From Epiperipatus broadwayi (lineage: Eukaryota > Animalia > Onychophora), in NCBI GenBank assembly GCA_028023455.1, contig JAQFVV010000002.1, forward strand, positions 27,528,001-27,592,000: 64,000 nucleotides of DNA. The letters run 5' to 3'. Made by a program: the position numbers and the translations under genes. Below the pieces are notes generated by a model. The model was not told the origin of the DNA, searched no databases, and worked only from the letters and a program-made list of their open reading frames with translations. This document shows positions 1 to 13,800 of this stretch, piece after piece (positions within the stretch are counted from its first letter, which is position 1; the number at the start of each line of letters is the position of its first letter).

Positions 1-205
1 ACGGATATAATCATATCTATGAAAATGATGTCTGCAAATCACTGAGCCCTAAAGTATAGGACCATGTCCATTTGAATACACAGAAGAGGAATGGGCAGCT
101 GAAGAGTTGGAGTAGATTGAAGCCTGCCTATTAAAATTTGAAGATTTGCTATGTTAATATAAACTGAGCACTGATTATATATATATATGTGGGAAATGAT
201 CTGGC

Positions 206-243
206 CCAACTGATAAGTGCTGGTTCAATACAAAATATATTGG
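206..243 (+). ncRNA. Decayed hammerhead motif, copy 1 of a second family
   Basis: ccaa-CTGATAA-gtgc tggttca atac-AAAA-tata-ttgg. Stem I ccaa/ttgg is intact; the core is mutated, partly by CpG-type changes. Confidence 0.45.
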
Positions 244-572
244 AGATAGTTCGACAGAAGAGATCTTGAAAGTCTGTGTTCAAATCCCCTACATTACATT
301 TGAACTCCAAGTATATGTATTATGCTTGTATTTCAAAAATATTACAGCTCCAGCCTGTATTCTGCTCATCCCTGTGTATTTGAAATGGACAAAATTCTAG
401 ACATAAGGAGTCAGAATGACTTAAGGTCAATATGGGCATGACCATAAGATCACCATCAACAAAGGATTTGGGCATACCATCATATTTTCAATAGTATAAA
501 CAGCTGAAGAGTTGGAGTAGATTGAAGCCTGTTCATTAAAGTTTGTTAATTATGTGCGGGAAATTATCTGAA

Positions 573-613
573 CCAATTGATGAGTGCCGTTTCAATACGA
601 AATACGTACATTG
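573..613 (+). ncRNA. Decayed hammerhead motif, copy 2 of the second family
   Basis: ccaa-TTGATGA-gtgc cgtttca atac-GAAA-tacGTA-cattg. Combined with copy 1 it reconstructs a complete core. Confidence 0.5.
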
Positions 614-1099
614 ACCATTTATCTTTTTCATGTGTATAAATTATATAAGATAGCAGAAGAGATTTTGAAAATCTGTATTCAAATCCCATCAACGTTTATA
701 CTGTTACGCGTTTATAGCTATTCTGTACAGCAAGAAATTTTTTAATTCTAAAGTGCCTAGAATCATATTTAGCATGTAATTGATTATATGATACACCTCT
801 TAAAGAATAATTCAAAATTAATTTTTCTCAAAATCTATTCTCCAAATATCAAAATTAATTTTACTCAAAATGTATTCTTTAAATACCAGCATACTTAAAG
901 GCTTTATGCCTCCAAATGTTTGGCTTATTTGTATAATTGATTTTTCTATTAAACTCAATTATCTTCCATTTTGTTCAATTAAAGAACTTTTCTCTAGCTT
1001 TATTCCCTAAATCATAATTGGGTAAATTTTTTAAAAATTTCATCACACTTATAAAAAATATCCCATTATCACAAAACTCAATCTACAAATATAATTAAT

Positions 1100-1900
1100 G
1101 AACTGTTAATGAAAATATAATTCTAATAGAAAAGACAATATGTTTAGACAGGGATATTATAGCCTTGGCCAATGTTAAGTATTACAAGATGGAAAATGGT
1201 TAGCCAATTAGGATACTATAGTATCGTATTGACAAAATTTGGAAACATTGTCACCCCAAAACTTTGGCAATCGATAGTACAATCTGAGATGCATAGATGA
1301 TGTATTTGTTTCTGCAGCAAGAATACAAATTAAAAACATAATTTGGATTAAGCTTCAGCACTATAATGGATCATTGAAGAGGAGGATAAACTCAAAGGCA
1401 TAAAGTTTCTAGATATGTACATTCAGAAAAATAAAAACTCCTTGGATTATAGCATGATTCTAAAGTCCTTGGAGATACGAGGTGCTATCCACCCAAATTC
1501 ACGAACCCCAATGACACAAACTGGCAGCCTAAAAAACTTTTTTTACAGAAATAAACTGTAAACAAGCTAACCGCAAAAAATAATATTGATGTGTATATTA
1601 AAGATCTCGTAAACTTGGATATAATTATAATAAATTAATCAAAACTATTGGCAAGATTTTATATTCAAATAAATAATGCATCACCAGAACAAATGGATGT
1701 CTAACAAACATCCCTCAAATTATCTCAAGTGAAGATTAGAAAACAAAATGCAATGACACATACAATGTGAATTTAAGAACCCCTCCATCTTTGAATAAGT
1801 CACTAAATAATGCTAAGGATAAATTGCTTTTAGAACTAGCCCGATAGGTAATTTATGAAATTGAATGTGACCCTTTGTGCAAAGTTGTAAATTTATGAAG
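1100..1900 (+). pseudogene. Decayed Penelope-like reverse transcriptase remnant
   Basis: RCIDDVFV at 1287-1310 (RYxDD-like), EEED..IKFLDMYI at about 1375-1423 (ExE..LPFLD-like), IHPNSRTP at about 1487-1510 (YxHxxSxHP-like). Many stops and frameshifts; boundaries approximate. Confidence 0.55.
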
Positions 1901-2850
1901 AATCTAGTGAATATATTTACTAGGGTAGCTCAGCAGATATTTTTGTAACACAAACGTGAATCTGGCCATGTGTTTAATTTGACAACCACAAAGATCATTT
2001 GTGCAGAAAGAGAAGATAAATGTAAGGTTAAAGAGGACTGAATTATTGTAAAAGACCCCTACAAGATAGTTGTGGGTCCCACTATCAAAAAAAAAAAAAA
2101 AAGGAACATTTGAATAAATTTGCATAAAGCACTATATATTTAAATATTGGACTGATTCAACTAGAGATGTCTAATGCTATATGAACATGACAATTGTGAA
2201 AGCATGCTAAGCAAATAATTTTTAAACTAGGGTCTGAATGTTTGAAACATTTGCGTAGATATTAAATCAAGCTTTATATAAATTATTCAACCTATCTACA
2301 TTACATGTGATCAGTACATTACCCAAGTTGTTTAAATTCAACTGCATATCTGGGTTATACCACCTTCAATCTATCGTAGTTAATTTATATTTTCCCATCG
2401 TGCTTATATTATTCATCCCCATATACAACTTATTTTCAAATTCTTTACAAAAATCTTAATCTAGAAAAGTTTTAGGAAAATCAAATTTTAAATCTACATC
2501 ATTATAAAAAAACAAAGGATAGTTATTTGTGATTCATCTAATATTTAACCAAGGTGTGTTTTGCAGATTACTGCTATAACCTATTTTTTTTTCAGTGAAA
2601 GCAAATCACGCAGGGACACACCTATTATTCAAAGCTAGAGATTAATAAGTAAAAAATGAGGGAGACAAAAATAGTTAAAAAATTTAGCATAGAAAAATGA
2701 AAATATTTGTTAATATGTTTAAAAGAAATATTGTATGAGACATTACTAGGTAAAAAGGTAAATCATAGGCCCAACGCTGAAGAAGCTTAATATATCTTTT
2801 ACAATATATTGACAGTCATTTGATCAAATCAAATTGTTTATCCTCTAGCT

Positions 2851-3271
2851 CAGGGGTGGCCAACCATTAACTTGATGCGAGCCAGTTGAGAATTTAAAAA
2901 AATTTGGGGATCCACAATTATATATTGCATTTTTCATATTACATTTATAAACATAGTTCACAAACTAAAAAAAAAACGGGTGTAATATGTTAAAAAGAAA
3001 AAAAAATGTAAATACATTTTATTTATTAAAAATTTGGTAACATACATATAAATTACAATTACAGAAAAAGTATATTTTAATTATTTTATTTAATGTGAAA
3101 CCTGACACTGCATATCGTTTGTATTGTAAAAATGTTTATTTTTTAGTGTGTGCACGTGGCGTCAAGGAACATAAAATATTTTATCAATTTTTCTTGAAGA
3201 GTGCAATGTGAGCCACATTAAACGTTTGCGGGAGCCCATGTGACTTGCGAGCTATGGGTTGGGCATCCCTG
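2851..3271. mobile_element. hAT (Charlie-like) MITE
   Basis: TIRs caggggtggccaacc / ggttgggcatccctg. 8-bp TSD ctctagct / ctctaact (7 of 8 match). Confidence 0.85.
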
Positions 3272-3484
3272 CTCTAACTAATACCTAGGTTAAATGGGAT
3301 GACCAACTGAATTGATTATAGATAGCCAATCCATCTAGCCATTTGTTTTCTAAGTAAATTGGTATCTATTATTAGTTAAAAATTAAAAGTTCTAGTTTTT
3401 CTAAATAATTGTCAGTGCAGCTTTGGTGGAAGTATTATTCCTAAGAACATCACACCTCCATGTCTTTAAAAAAAATGCTAACTA

Positions 3485-4056
3485 ATATTGGTGCTGATTT
3501 AGACCGCTCACTGATATTTTGAATTCCAAGGACTGCCCCAAACCAGAGGATACAAGCAATAAATGACATCGTATTATTCACACGGGGTTGCTTGGATGTG
3601 TCAGCAGTGGTTTGGGGCAGTTCTTAGAATTCAAACTGGCAGTGAGCGCAGTCTAAATACTAAAAGCTTACAACTTCTAAAATACAATATATGCCTATGA
3701 CCATATGTTGAGTAAATGTAAAATTGATCAAACCAAGCTTATAATTTTGAAATAATAAAATCTTATAACTTCAAAAATATAAATTTTATTACAATACCTC
3801 CTTATAACCACAAGTTGAAATAAAGCATATTAATTTTTTTTTTACCAAAAAGAAACTTTGCATGATTCCTTTATTACATATACCTGATCATACGAGGTCC
3901 TTATGAAATTTGCGTTTTATTTTAATTGATGTAAATTGAGATTTTGTAACAGTCATATCATGACCAAGTGGATTATTCCATATCATTTATCGATGCGTCA
4001 GCGGTCCTTAGAATTCAAAATGGCCATGAGTACATTCTAAATCGGTACCCAAATAT
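3485..4056. mobile_element. Foldback/MITE-like element with one left arm and two right arms
   Basis: The arm at 3485-3545 is inverted-complementary to both about 3610-3657 and about 4000-4056. Confidence 0.5.
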
Positions 4057-7000
4057 CTCTCTTATAACTTAAATTTCTTCATTCTTTATTTCTGAATAGC
4101 AAATCTAATATTTTGAAAGTTGTGTTCAATGACAAAAAAAAAATTATGGCAAAAGTAATCTACACAATATTTGTCATTTTTATATTATATGCATCAATTT
4201 TATTTTATTATAATTAATTATCAAAATGTTTATTTATTTCAAGAAAAGTGAAATATAATTATTATAAGTCACATTTTAATTACTGTATAATTTTATTAGA
4301 CGTTAAATATAAAAATAAGAATTTATTAATTACATTTCCTATTTTAATGTGTTCAATTTTCAAAATCCCAATTCTCTTCATCTACTTCAGTTGCAGCTTT
4401 GAATAGCCAGATTAATCAAGACTAGACACTACTACTGATTTGACTACCGTAATTACTCCATTTCTAATTCTTGTTTCTCTTGTACACAACATTTCTTTAA
4501 ATGTTTATCTTTAGTAGCTCAATTTTTAATTACAAATTGTTTAAATTTTGACTTATAAAAGAGCAAGTGATATCAGTTTTTAGCCAAATAAATATATAAC
4601 AAATGACTCTTAAATTATGAATATTTCAAAATCAATTTAGGATTTAAATTACATATCAATGAGTTTTTTCTGCAAATGTCTTTAGGGATTCTTTTTTATA
4701 TTGGGAATAAATGTAATTCTCATTATATGACAAAGATATTTATAATCTTTCTTATATTGTGCATAACAGATAAATGAAAATTTAACAGCTACCATAACCC
4801 TTCTCACCTTCAGTCTTTGTCGATTTAAAATAAATTGTTGATCATGCATACAGAACAGTACTACTGTCCATAATATTAATTGCCTAAACACTTTTAGATT
4901 GCCAATTATGCATTCTTTTTAGACAGGAATTATTATAATTGTTCTATTTAAAGATTTGTAGCATTAAAAAATAAGTTCTCGTGCACAATTTTAGGATCAT
5001 AATACTAATAGTACATTTTTACACCAGATGCAGTAAATATATTAATTACAAAACAAGTTTTTACTTTTCATATTAATCTTGCACACACAAAAAAATTTAA
5101 GATGAACAAGTCTACATAAATATTTTCAAACACTAACAAAACAAAGCTAATTTATTAGCATTTTACCATTAAGCTTTATTTCCAATCTTTTAGATAAGGT
5201 TTCAGCAACTCAAGGCACGCGTGCCAAGCAGAACGATTATCAATAGCACTTTGAATCAAAATAATAAATTATATTTTAATTACAGTACACGCGTTTAGTC
5301 ATCACCTACATTTTGCACTTGCGGCTCACACAAATAGAAACCACGATTCAGTTCAATTTACTAATTATTTTGTACGATAAATGTATATTCAATCCTTGCT
5401 ATTTTCAATAAAGATTAGAACTAAGTGGGACGGAAATAATTCTTTTTCATGATCAATTGACCTTTAATATTTTTGTATGCAACTGCATGTTTAGAGTAAA
5501 TTTATATTCAATCAGAATAATATATCAACTAATTCAGTTGAAAAACTTCTAATTATATAATAATACATTTTGATGCATTTACTGGAGAAAAAAGGTTATA
5601 ATTAATGAGTCAGGTTAATGCAAATACATGAGACTTGATAATATCGTTAGGAACTCAAGAAGTTAAAAATGATTGTTTTTTTTTTCTTTTAAATATCTGC
5701 TGTGTAATTAAAACAAATTTCTCATAGAGAAAAATTCCAAATGTCCATAGTTTTAAAGAATATATGAAAAACTTCCAATTTTGAGTTGGTTTTTTATGTC
5801 ACAAAAATGATTTGTCTTTGAAACATTTTCGATGAATGCTAGAAAAATACTTTAGTTTAGAGTTGATTAATCAGCTTTTTAAATTAAACCATTGAAAGCT
5901 AAATGCACTTTACCTATTCTGAATTGTTGTACATTAAACATCAATTTTGTAAACAATACACATTTTTTGAAGTGCCGAGATAAATTTTCTTTATGCCAAA
6001 GGAAATTTTAAGCATGTCTTTTGAACACAATATAATTTAACAAAACATATTTTTCACATATGATCCCATGTATTTTAAAAGATTAAATGACCAATAATAT
6101 AAGATCTGGTTATAATGGACTTCAAAAGTATATAATATATAATTTTAAAGTTATAACCAGACCAATTTTGATACTATATGTTGAATCATATCAGCAGGCG
6201 GGATAACATAAGTTGCAGACTCCTCTTTTAGACTAATATATATAAAAAATGTATTTACATTACCTTATCATAGAATCACTGAAAACAAACATAAACCTAT
6301 TTTAAGTATATATATAAAATATGTATTTTATATATTTAACCCATGCAAATCTTCGTTTTAACATATATATATAATGTAAGAAATAGATGTTTATTACATA
6401 TTTCATAATAGTAAAATATTGTTAGAAGTCCTTACAAAGTCCACAAAATAAAAACACTTTACAACACAAAAGTTTGCAAAAATATATGTAAAACTGAAGA
6501 AATGTTTTTGTTGTATATAAAAAAGAACATTTTCAGCACATTACATATCTATACACAGGATACAATATATACATATAGAATATCACAACTTTCTCTGCTC
6601 ACATTCAAAATACCTTCGCAAGTTCTCTTTCGCTATTTTAAGAGACATCTATAATAAGTTTGTGTAACAAAGGATGCCAAGATAGTACTATCCTGCCATA
6701 ACTTTTAGTTATTAACCAAAAATTGAAAGATGCCTACATCATTATCAATTATAATCGAACTACTGCAAGATAACATCAAAAAGAAGTCATAAAAATAGAT
6801 ATTCACCTGATATGTGGTATATAAAACTAGGCAAGTATGTCGAGTTGGATTGAAAATCTTAGGATGTTTTAGAACTTCAAGTAGCTGCTAGATATTTAAC
6901 TGTAAAGGTTCAAACTTCTCACCGATGAAGGCAAAAAGTCAAATAGTTTGGGAAAGCGAATGTAATAGCATTACCATCCATTGGTTAGTTCAAGCGTATA

Positions 7001-7861
7001 ATAAATGGCTCCATTGAAAGAGAATTAAATTATTGCAATATATATTCTATAAATCCCGTATGTCATCAATACCTTCACAACTTAAAAGTAAATGCTGTAT
7101 TTGCATGTTGAAGTAGAAATGATCAAAGATGAATAAAATGTAGGAATCATCTACTATTTGAAAATACTGTTCAATATCTGGTGTTACAATAGGAACTTAT
7201 GGAAGGAATACTCGGTTACTAACTAAAAATGGAGGCGATATTTAATAATGTAAAAATTCAAAAAGGAAGTACTAGTACACGTAAACATTTAAATAAAATT
7301 TATTCAAATAAAATATACTTTTGATTGATGAGGATTAGATTTCTAAAACAAATTTTGAAATTCAATAAGCCAAAAACTATACTGTATTTAAATTTCTAAA
7401 AAAAAAAAAAAAAGACTTATGGTTTTCCAACGAAGTTCACTTACTTTTACTTGGTTATGTATAAAATGCTAAAATAAATTGAACTCATTATTAATTTATA
7501 GAAAAATAGGGTTAAATGTTTATTTATCACTTGGAAATCTAATAAAAAAGTTCGATAGTTGTGTTGAAGAAAATCACTAGGGTTTACAATGTAAATATCA
7601 AATTGTTCTTAGCTTTATTTTAAAAACTACGTGAAAAAAAAAAAAAAAAGCAAAACTTTTTTTTTTTTTAAAATGAAAATTAAATGCATAACTTTTATGA
7701 TTATTTAATCCATATCTTTATTATTTAAATAAATATATATATAATACAAGATATTATACATTATTCAAGGGTATTAGATATCAACATATAAAAAGAGAAA
7801 CTATAATTTTATTAAACAAATTTTCTGAAGATATAGATGTCAGTAGGGTGAGCTATAGTAT

Positions 7862-7903
7862 TTGGTTATGCAACTCTGAATATTGGTTATGCAACTCTGA
7901 ATA
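7862..7903. repeat. 21-nt perfect tandem duplication
   Basis: ttggttatgcaactctgaata repeated twice. Confidence 0.9.
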
Positions 7904-10900
7904 AGCCCACTCAAAATGGGATGTCAGACAAAACATTGGGTACAATCTTTTTTGAAAGCATTTAGATTATTAGAAAAAAACTGTTCTATTCAAGACACCT
8001 CAATATCATGAAAAGTATTTATTTTAGCTTCTTAGTACTTGGACTCACTGTTTTGATTTTTCTTCACGTTTTTTTTTTTTTATGATAATGGATGAATAAA
8101 AATTCACTTGCTGATTTATTTTAAGTTACATACAATTTAACAATAATTGGTTTTAACCAATAAGTTAATTTTTTAAATAAACAAACTGATTGTGGATATT
8201 TATTCATATAAAAATTAGACGATATTACTAACAGATTTTTTTAAAACTTTTATTAAGGGTGTTTAGGCTAAACTAATTAAAAAATATCTTAATTACTAGT
8301 TTCTAATCTATAATAATTAAACACATACACATATAAATGATGTACACTTAATTCATCTCAAATCTGAGTTTATTGAGTAATCCTATAAAGTTACACCAAA
8401 GAAGTTAGTTAAGATATTTCCATTTTCTTCATAGGATAACAAAAAGTCATTCACTGTGTGTAAAGAATTGGTTCACTATGGTGGAAATAAAAGGACAAGG
8501 AGAGAGGTAAGGGGAGACTGAATAAAACATTTGTAATGGGTACGATTTATTATGAATAAGCATTTACACACATAAAAAAAGTTGTCCCTTCAAAAGTGAT
8601 TTATACATTAATGCATAATAAATTTTTTTATACAATTTTTATATTTAAAAAATATAAGAAAAAAAAAGATGCTAGTCCCATCCTAGTTACAAATATAAAT
8701 CTCAACGGACAGTAAAGCAACAAGTTCCTAGAATAAATACAATATGCTACATAGTTTGCATTAATAATGAAGTTTTTTTATTTTTAAAATCACTTATTGT
8801 TTAATGCAATTTCCTTGGTTAAACAGTGATTTTCAAATCAGCCAACGAATTTCAAATCATAAAAAAAATAATATATAGTATATATTTTAGGTTGGAATGA
8901 AAACAGAACAAAAGTAATAAGTGAGCAATAACTGAAAAATTCTTAAAAACTAAAGAAGGAATGTTTTGGTAATTAGTCAACTCTAGTTGTTTTTATAGAT
9001 AATCATTCTGTCTCCCATCCAAAAAAAAAAAAAAAAATTAAGAAATTCTAGCTGAACGTGATCCAAGTCTTGAAACAAAGAGCATCCAAATTTATTGATT
9101 TGTGGAATCCGAATGATTTTACAATACAAATTAAGCTAACTTTTACATAAAAAATGAAACATTTGCTTCTTTACTAAAAATTATTAAAATGAAATCTTAG
9201 CAAAATGGTTATAAAAATTATTTAATCCAATTAAACTTGTAACCGAATCATCCAGGAATTGAATTGATGAGGTTATGCGAGATAAAAATTGGATGAGATT
9301 GTTCCTAACTTTCAGTACTTGACAGAAGGATTAATTCCTTTCTCTTTGCAGTTGAATTTAAAAACTTAAAATGTTAAAGTATTTAAAAGCCTGTCATTAG
9401 AAAAAATTGGATAATAGCTAAAAAATGTAAAAGGAGTTGGTGCTGCTTTTACTGTCCGCAACAATTTTTTGTGTCGCTATTTTGGAATTGTCTGTTATAT
9501 TAAAAACTAGACAATAAAAAAAAAAAAGGCAGTGGGAAAGGGAAGGGAGGATTGTAAAAGTAGAACAATTGAACATTAAGGAGTAAAAATAACAATAACT
9601 GGCTGAGATGGGTGTTTGTGGAAAGGACATGAAAATTCAAGAATATCCTGATTGATTTACAAATTAAACAAAACATAAAAAAAAAAAAAACCTAAGTATT
9701 ATTACAGTGCATTTTCTCCTTTTTTCTTTCTTTTTACTTTTTGATTTTGTATATTTTTTTTCATTTGCAATAAAATAAAAATAGATAAGGAAGATTTGCA
9801 TTATAATGGCATGATTTGTAATAAATATCTGTATAATTTTTTAGAAATCCTTTCTTGAATTTTATTTTTTAACTAACAACATTTAATATTTTCCTAAAGA
9901 AATAAAAAATAAGACTGACAATTAAAAAAAAAAAAAAATTAAATGTAGAACCATAAAAACTTTAGAACATAAATGAATACAATATATGGAAGCAAATCAT
10001 TAAGTTAGAATGGAGGGGGATGTCAAAAAACAAAAACGTATTTATGAAATAAATAATTTAGGTATATTGGAATCAGTCATTTTGTTTTTAAATCTCCCTT
10101 TCTATAACAATAAAAAAAAAAAAGCACACTTTTTTTTTTTAGATTTCTATTTTAAATTTAACCTAAAATAATATATATGTACAAATCTCAGATTAAACTG
10201 AGATCTCTGTAAATATTTTCCCCTCACTAAGATTTTTCCTTTGCTATGCTATGAAGCTGAAGAAAAAATCCTGTTCGTAATACATTTTGTTTTAAATATA
10301 TATAACATTTTTTTTTTAAAAGACAATCTTCATGTTAAAATTATTATTACAGATGATTTTTCAGTTCTTTGCATAAACAGTACAAGAAACTTGTTTCCTT
10401 GCAGGAGAAAATTAAAAAGCTATAAAAACTTTGGTGATGTACAATAATAAACAAAAAAAAAAAAAAAGAGAAGAAAATCTCCCAGAATCTAGCTGTACAA
10501 GAAGCCAGCTCAAGGGATCTACATTAGCAAGAAGTTCATTAGCTAATAATGGTAAGGGTATATGTAGACTTTAAATAAAAAGAATTACAATGTTTTTTTT
10601 ATACAACCATTTGGTGGTTCTAGTCATAGTTTTAAATAAATATATAAAGGTTGCCTCGAATTGAAATCAAACTAAAAAAAAAAACAATATAATAATCCCA
10701 TTCATTTTTAATGGCCAAATATGTCTTTACAAAGAAGGAAAATATCAACAGTTAAAAAATATGTATATATTTATATATATATGTTCTTCAGCTCAAAAGA
10801 ACAGGGAAACGGCCACAAATTTCCCCTTTCCAAGGTAAAATCAACTGGGTTTGTCACAATTTTTCATTTATTTCTGTTTCTGTGTAGATAACAGGAGAAT

Positions 10901-11044
10901 CTACTGATACAACTAGCTACCCTAGAGAAGAATCTTAATAGTTTTTCATCTTTTTTTTCTCTCGGCGAAGGTGAGCTGCACATCTGTGTGATTAAAGATG
11001 TGACACGTGAGGGTTATGTTACATGGCTTTATCATGGGCCCACA

Positions 11045-11214
11045 TCATACAAACACCTTTGCCAAAGCATCGGCTCCTGCACTAGCTATGAATGGCTTGG
11101 ATGGGTGGAAAGCAACATCAAATATACTCTCATCAAACTTTTTCCGATGTGAAGTAATTTCCTGGACACAAGTTTTTGTTTCCAGATTCCAGAGCCGAAT
11201 TGAGCAGTCATGGC
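11045..11214 (-). CDS. STRN: Striatin last coding exon: (S)HDCSIRLWNLETKTCVQEITSHRKKFDESIFDVAFHPSKPFIASAGADALAKVFV*
   Basis: Canonical striatin C-terminus ending ASAGADALAKVFV. Polypyrimidine tract plus ag acceptor; TGA at 11045-11047. Confidence 0.98.
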
Positions 11215-11525
11215 CTAAAAAAAAGAAAAAAAAAACTCTTTCTATTTAAATATTCTTTAAAAATAGTTATCTTAAAACATTACAAAAATTAATTTCAGAC
11301 TAAATAAATAACAAAAGCATTTCACATTCAGAATATAATCAAACACAAAAAGAAGGAACTTAAATTTTATTATATATATAAAAATATAGATATAAATTTA
11401 CTATAACTTGTCCATAAGCAATATATAACACACACATCAAAATAATTTATTGTATTAGAGAGTAATTTACTTCATGACAGAAGAAAATAAGTAAATAGAA
11501 ATAAAAAAAAAAGAATTATTTGGTG

Positions 11526-12870
11526 TCATCATCATCATTTTCAAGTTTAATTTGATATGTTACCAGCAAACTTCATTATTTTACCAATCCATCACACTTG
11601 TGATATATTTTACAATTCCTTGGAATTCAGTTGAAGACTTCATTTATCCTATCTGTACACTATTATCATTTCTTCTAGCAATATGTTTAATCTAGTTTTA
11701 TTTCATTCCTTCAATGACATAATGAAATCACCCAAGTATTTCACTTTAGATCTCTTCTTACTCCTAACATATACCTCTCCATATTTTATTGAATAATCTT
11801 AAATCTCTGTATTGCTCTTCTATTAAGTGCTTAAATTTCAGATCCATAAGTAAAAACTGATAGAAGATTTATTAAAAATCTTTCTTTTCAAATATCTATG
11901 CATATTTTCTTTTAATAGCCAAGTTGCTTTTACCAAAAGTAGTCTAACCAGGTTTAACTCGATGAATAATTTTGTCCATTATTTTTCCATTTTTATTAAT
12001 AAGCCAAGTTATTCGTAGGTAATAAATTCTAATTTATGATTAATCTTAATTTTCTGAGAAAATCTATTGAAATATTACTTTAATCTTTTTATTATATGTC
12101 ATTAGTTCTACTTTCTTACTTTCATCTGATAATTTTTGCAATATTTCCAGAAGATCTGAAGCATTATTTGGAAAAACCAGCCCATCACTAGCAGAATTTA
12201 TATAACTTAAATAATCTTCATGTATTTCTATTTCCTTATCTTTCCATTTTAATCCACAAGGTACTTCTTATAAAACTGATGCAAAAATTCTAGAGATATG
12301 AAATCATACCGTTGAACATCCTTTTTAATTTTAATCTTCTTACTTAGTATCATCATGTAATGTAATCATGCTGTTGCATTTTAATAAATATTATTCAAAA
12401 TATGACAATATCCTAAATCTATAACTTGATGATTCAAAACTGCAATCCCCATAGAAATACTTATAGAATTAAAGCCTTTTCATAATGTATAAATCAAAAG
12501 CATAATTGCAATTCATATTCATTGCTCCGATTTCTAACTTTTTCCAATGCTTCGATGTGATTCACTGTGCTAAAACCAATTTTAAATCCACCTTATTCTT
12601 TCAGTTGACTTGAATCTAAAGTTTGCTGTAGAGCTGTTCTAATATCTTATTTATCATCTTCTTAAATATCATTATTATTAGTGCATTCTTCCAATCACCT
12701 GATACATCTTTATTTATTGGGTATATAGTTTTGGCAACAATTCTTTCACTTTTTAGCTGGCTTCTTTTAAAACAACAATGATTCCATCATTTTCTGGAAT
12801 TTTTTCCATCTTCATAGATTTAATTATTTATCTTACCTTCTCGTTTGAAATATATGACAATTCAAAAGTA
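11526..12870 (-). mobile_element. Decayed RTE-type LINE, same family as 29040-31228
   Basis: Reverse complement of 12500-12600 aligns by eye to the 30090-30220 RT segment (GFKxGFSTVxHI). An (ATG)n-like tail lies at 11526-11538. Confidence 0.7.
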
Positions 12871-13034
12871 GATGTAACAATTATAATTACAAATATTAGG
12901 TGTCAATATAGGGATGTGTGCACATATATGTATATTTATTTTTGTATCTAAATTGATTCATATCTTAGTAATGACTTCATTATAAGCAGATATTAGGATC
13001 CCTATATTGTCTATTTTCCCAAAGTAGTCAATAT

Positions 13035-13800
13035 TAACCCTCTGGGGTCGATTTGAAATTTTCTAGAAGTCGATAGTTTCAATAAAAAAAATTTGGGTGT
13101 CGACAACAGCAAAAATAGATCCCCTTACTACTGCTTTTGTCTGTTGCTTCAAAATATCTACGATTCCAATAGGTATCTAATTAAGAAATAAAATAATTAA
13201 AAAAAAAAAACAATTTTTTGATTAAAAACACATTACATACCAAACTTGCGAACAAAAAGGTAAAATGTGTCATTAAAACAGTCACACATAAGAATGCATG
13301 AAAATACATGAAGCGCAAACATGTCTGTGCATCGTCTTATTGAACATATCAAAGCAAGTGAGGAAATGAAAAACCGTTGTATGTTAGCACTTGCTTGCGG
13401 TGGGATGTGACAATATTATAAATTGGCTCTGATGTGAAATTTACTTATTTGTGTATTAGAAACTAAAGTTTGCTTTCTACATAAGTTTTTTAAATATTTT
13501 ATGATCAGTATCTGAATCAATGATGAATTTATTTCCAATGACTTTGATAATATGTAATAATTTAATACAAAAGTAAATCATCCTGGGTTTTCCAAGGTTA
13601 TCTTTACCTCAAAGATATTTTAGACAATCAACTATACCTTTATCTGCGGCGATTTGCCTTCTTGGGATATCAAGTTTAAATTCTTCAACTATTTCATTTT
13701 CTCTTCATTAGCCAATTATACTGTTGTTAATTGTATGCAAATATGATTGAATTCCTGAGAAAGAGAGAAAGAAAGGCATTCCGTGATTTTTATTTTCCTG
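13035..13800 (-). mobile_element. Possible decayed piggyBac remnant
   Basis: TTAA-CCCTCTGGGGTCG end near 13035. Minus-strand PRRQIAADKGIV...KP resembles piggyBac PxxxIxxDExMV..KP. No opposite end found. Confidence 0.33.

Larger units (their letters stand above)
96..690 (+). repeat. Two diverged direct repeats (96-290 and 501-687), each with a decayed hammerhead; possible PLE pseudo-LTRs
   Basis: Both start cagctgaagagttggagtagattgaagcctg and end ttcaaatccc. Spacing is about 370-405 nt, and they lie next to a PLE RT remnant. Confidence 0.6.

Noticed and set aside
6560-7260. More complex island with faint transposase-like words (WYIKL, WLVQAYNK)
   Set aside because: Motif order and identity do not fit one family, and no termini were found.
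11007-11249. 80-aa plus-strand ORF
   Set aside because: It is the antisense shadow of the last striatin exon.
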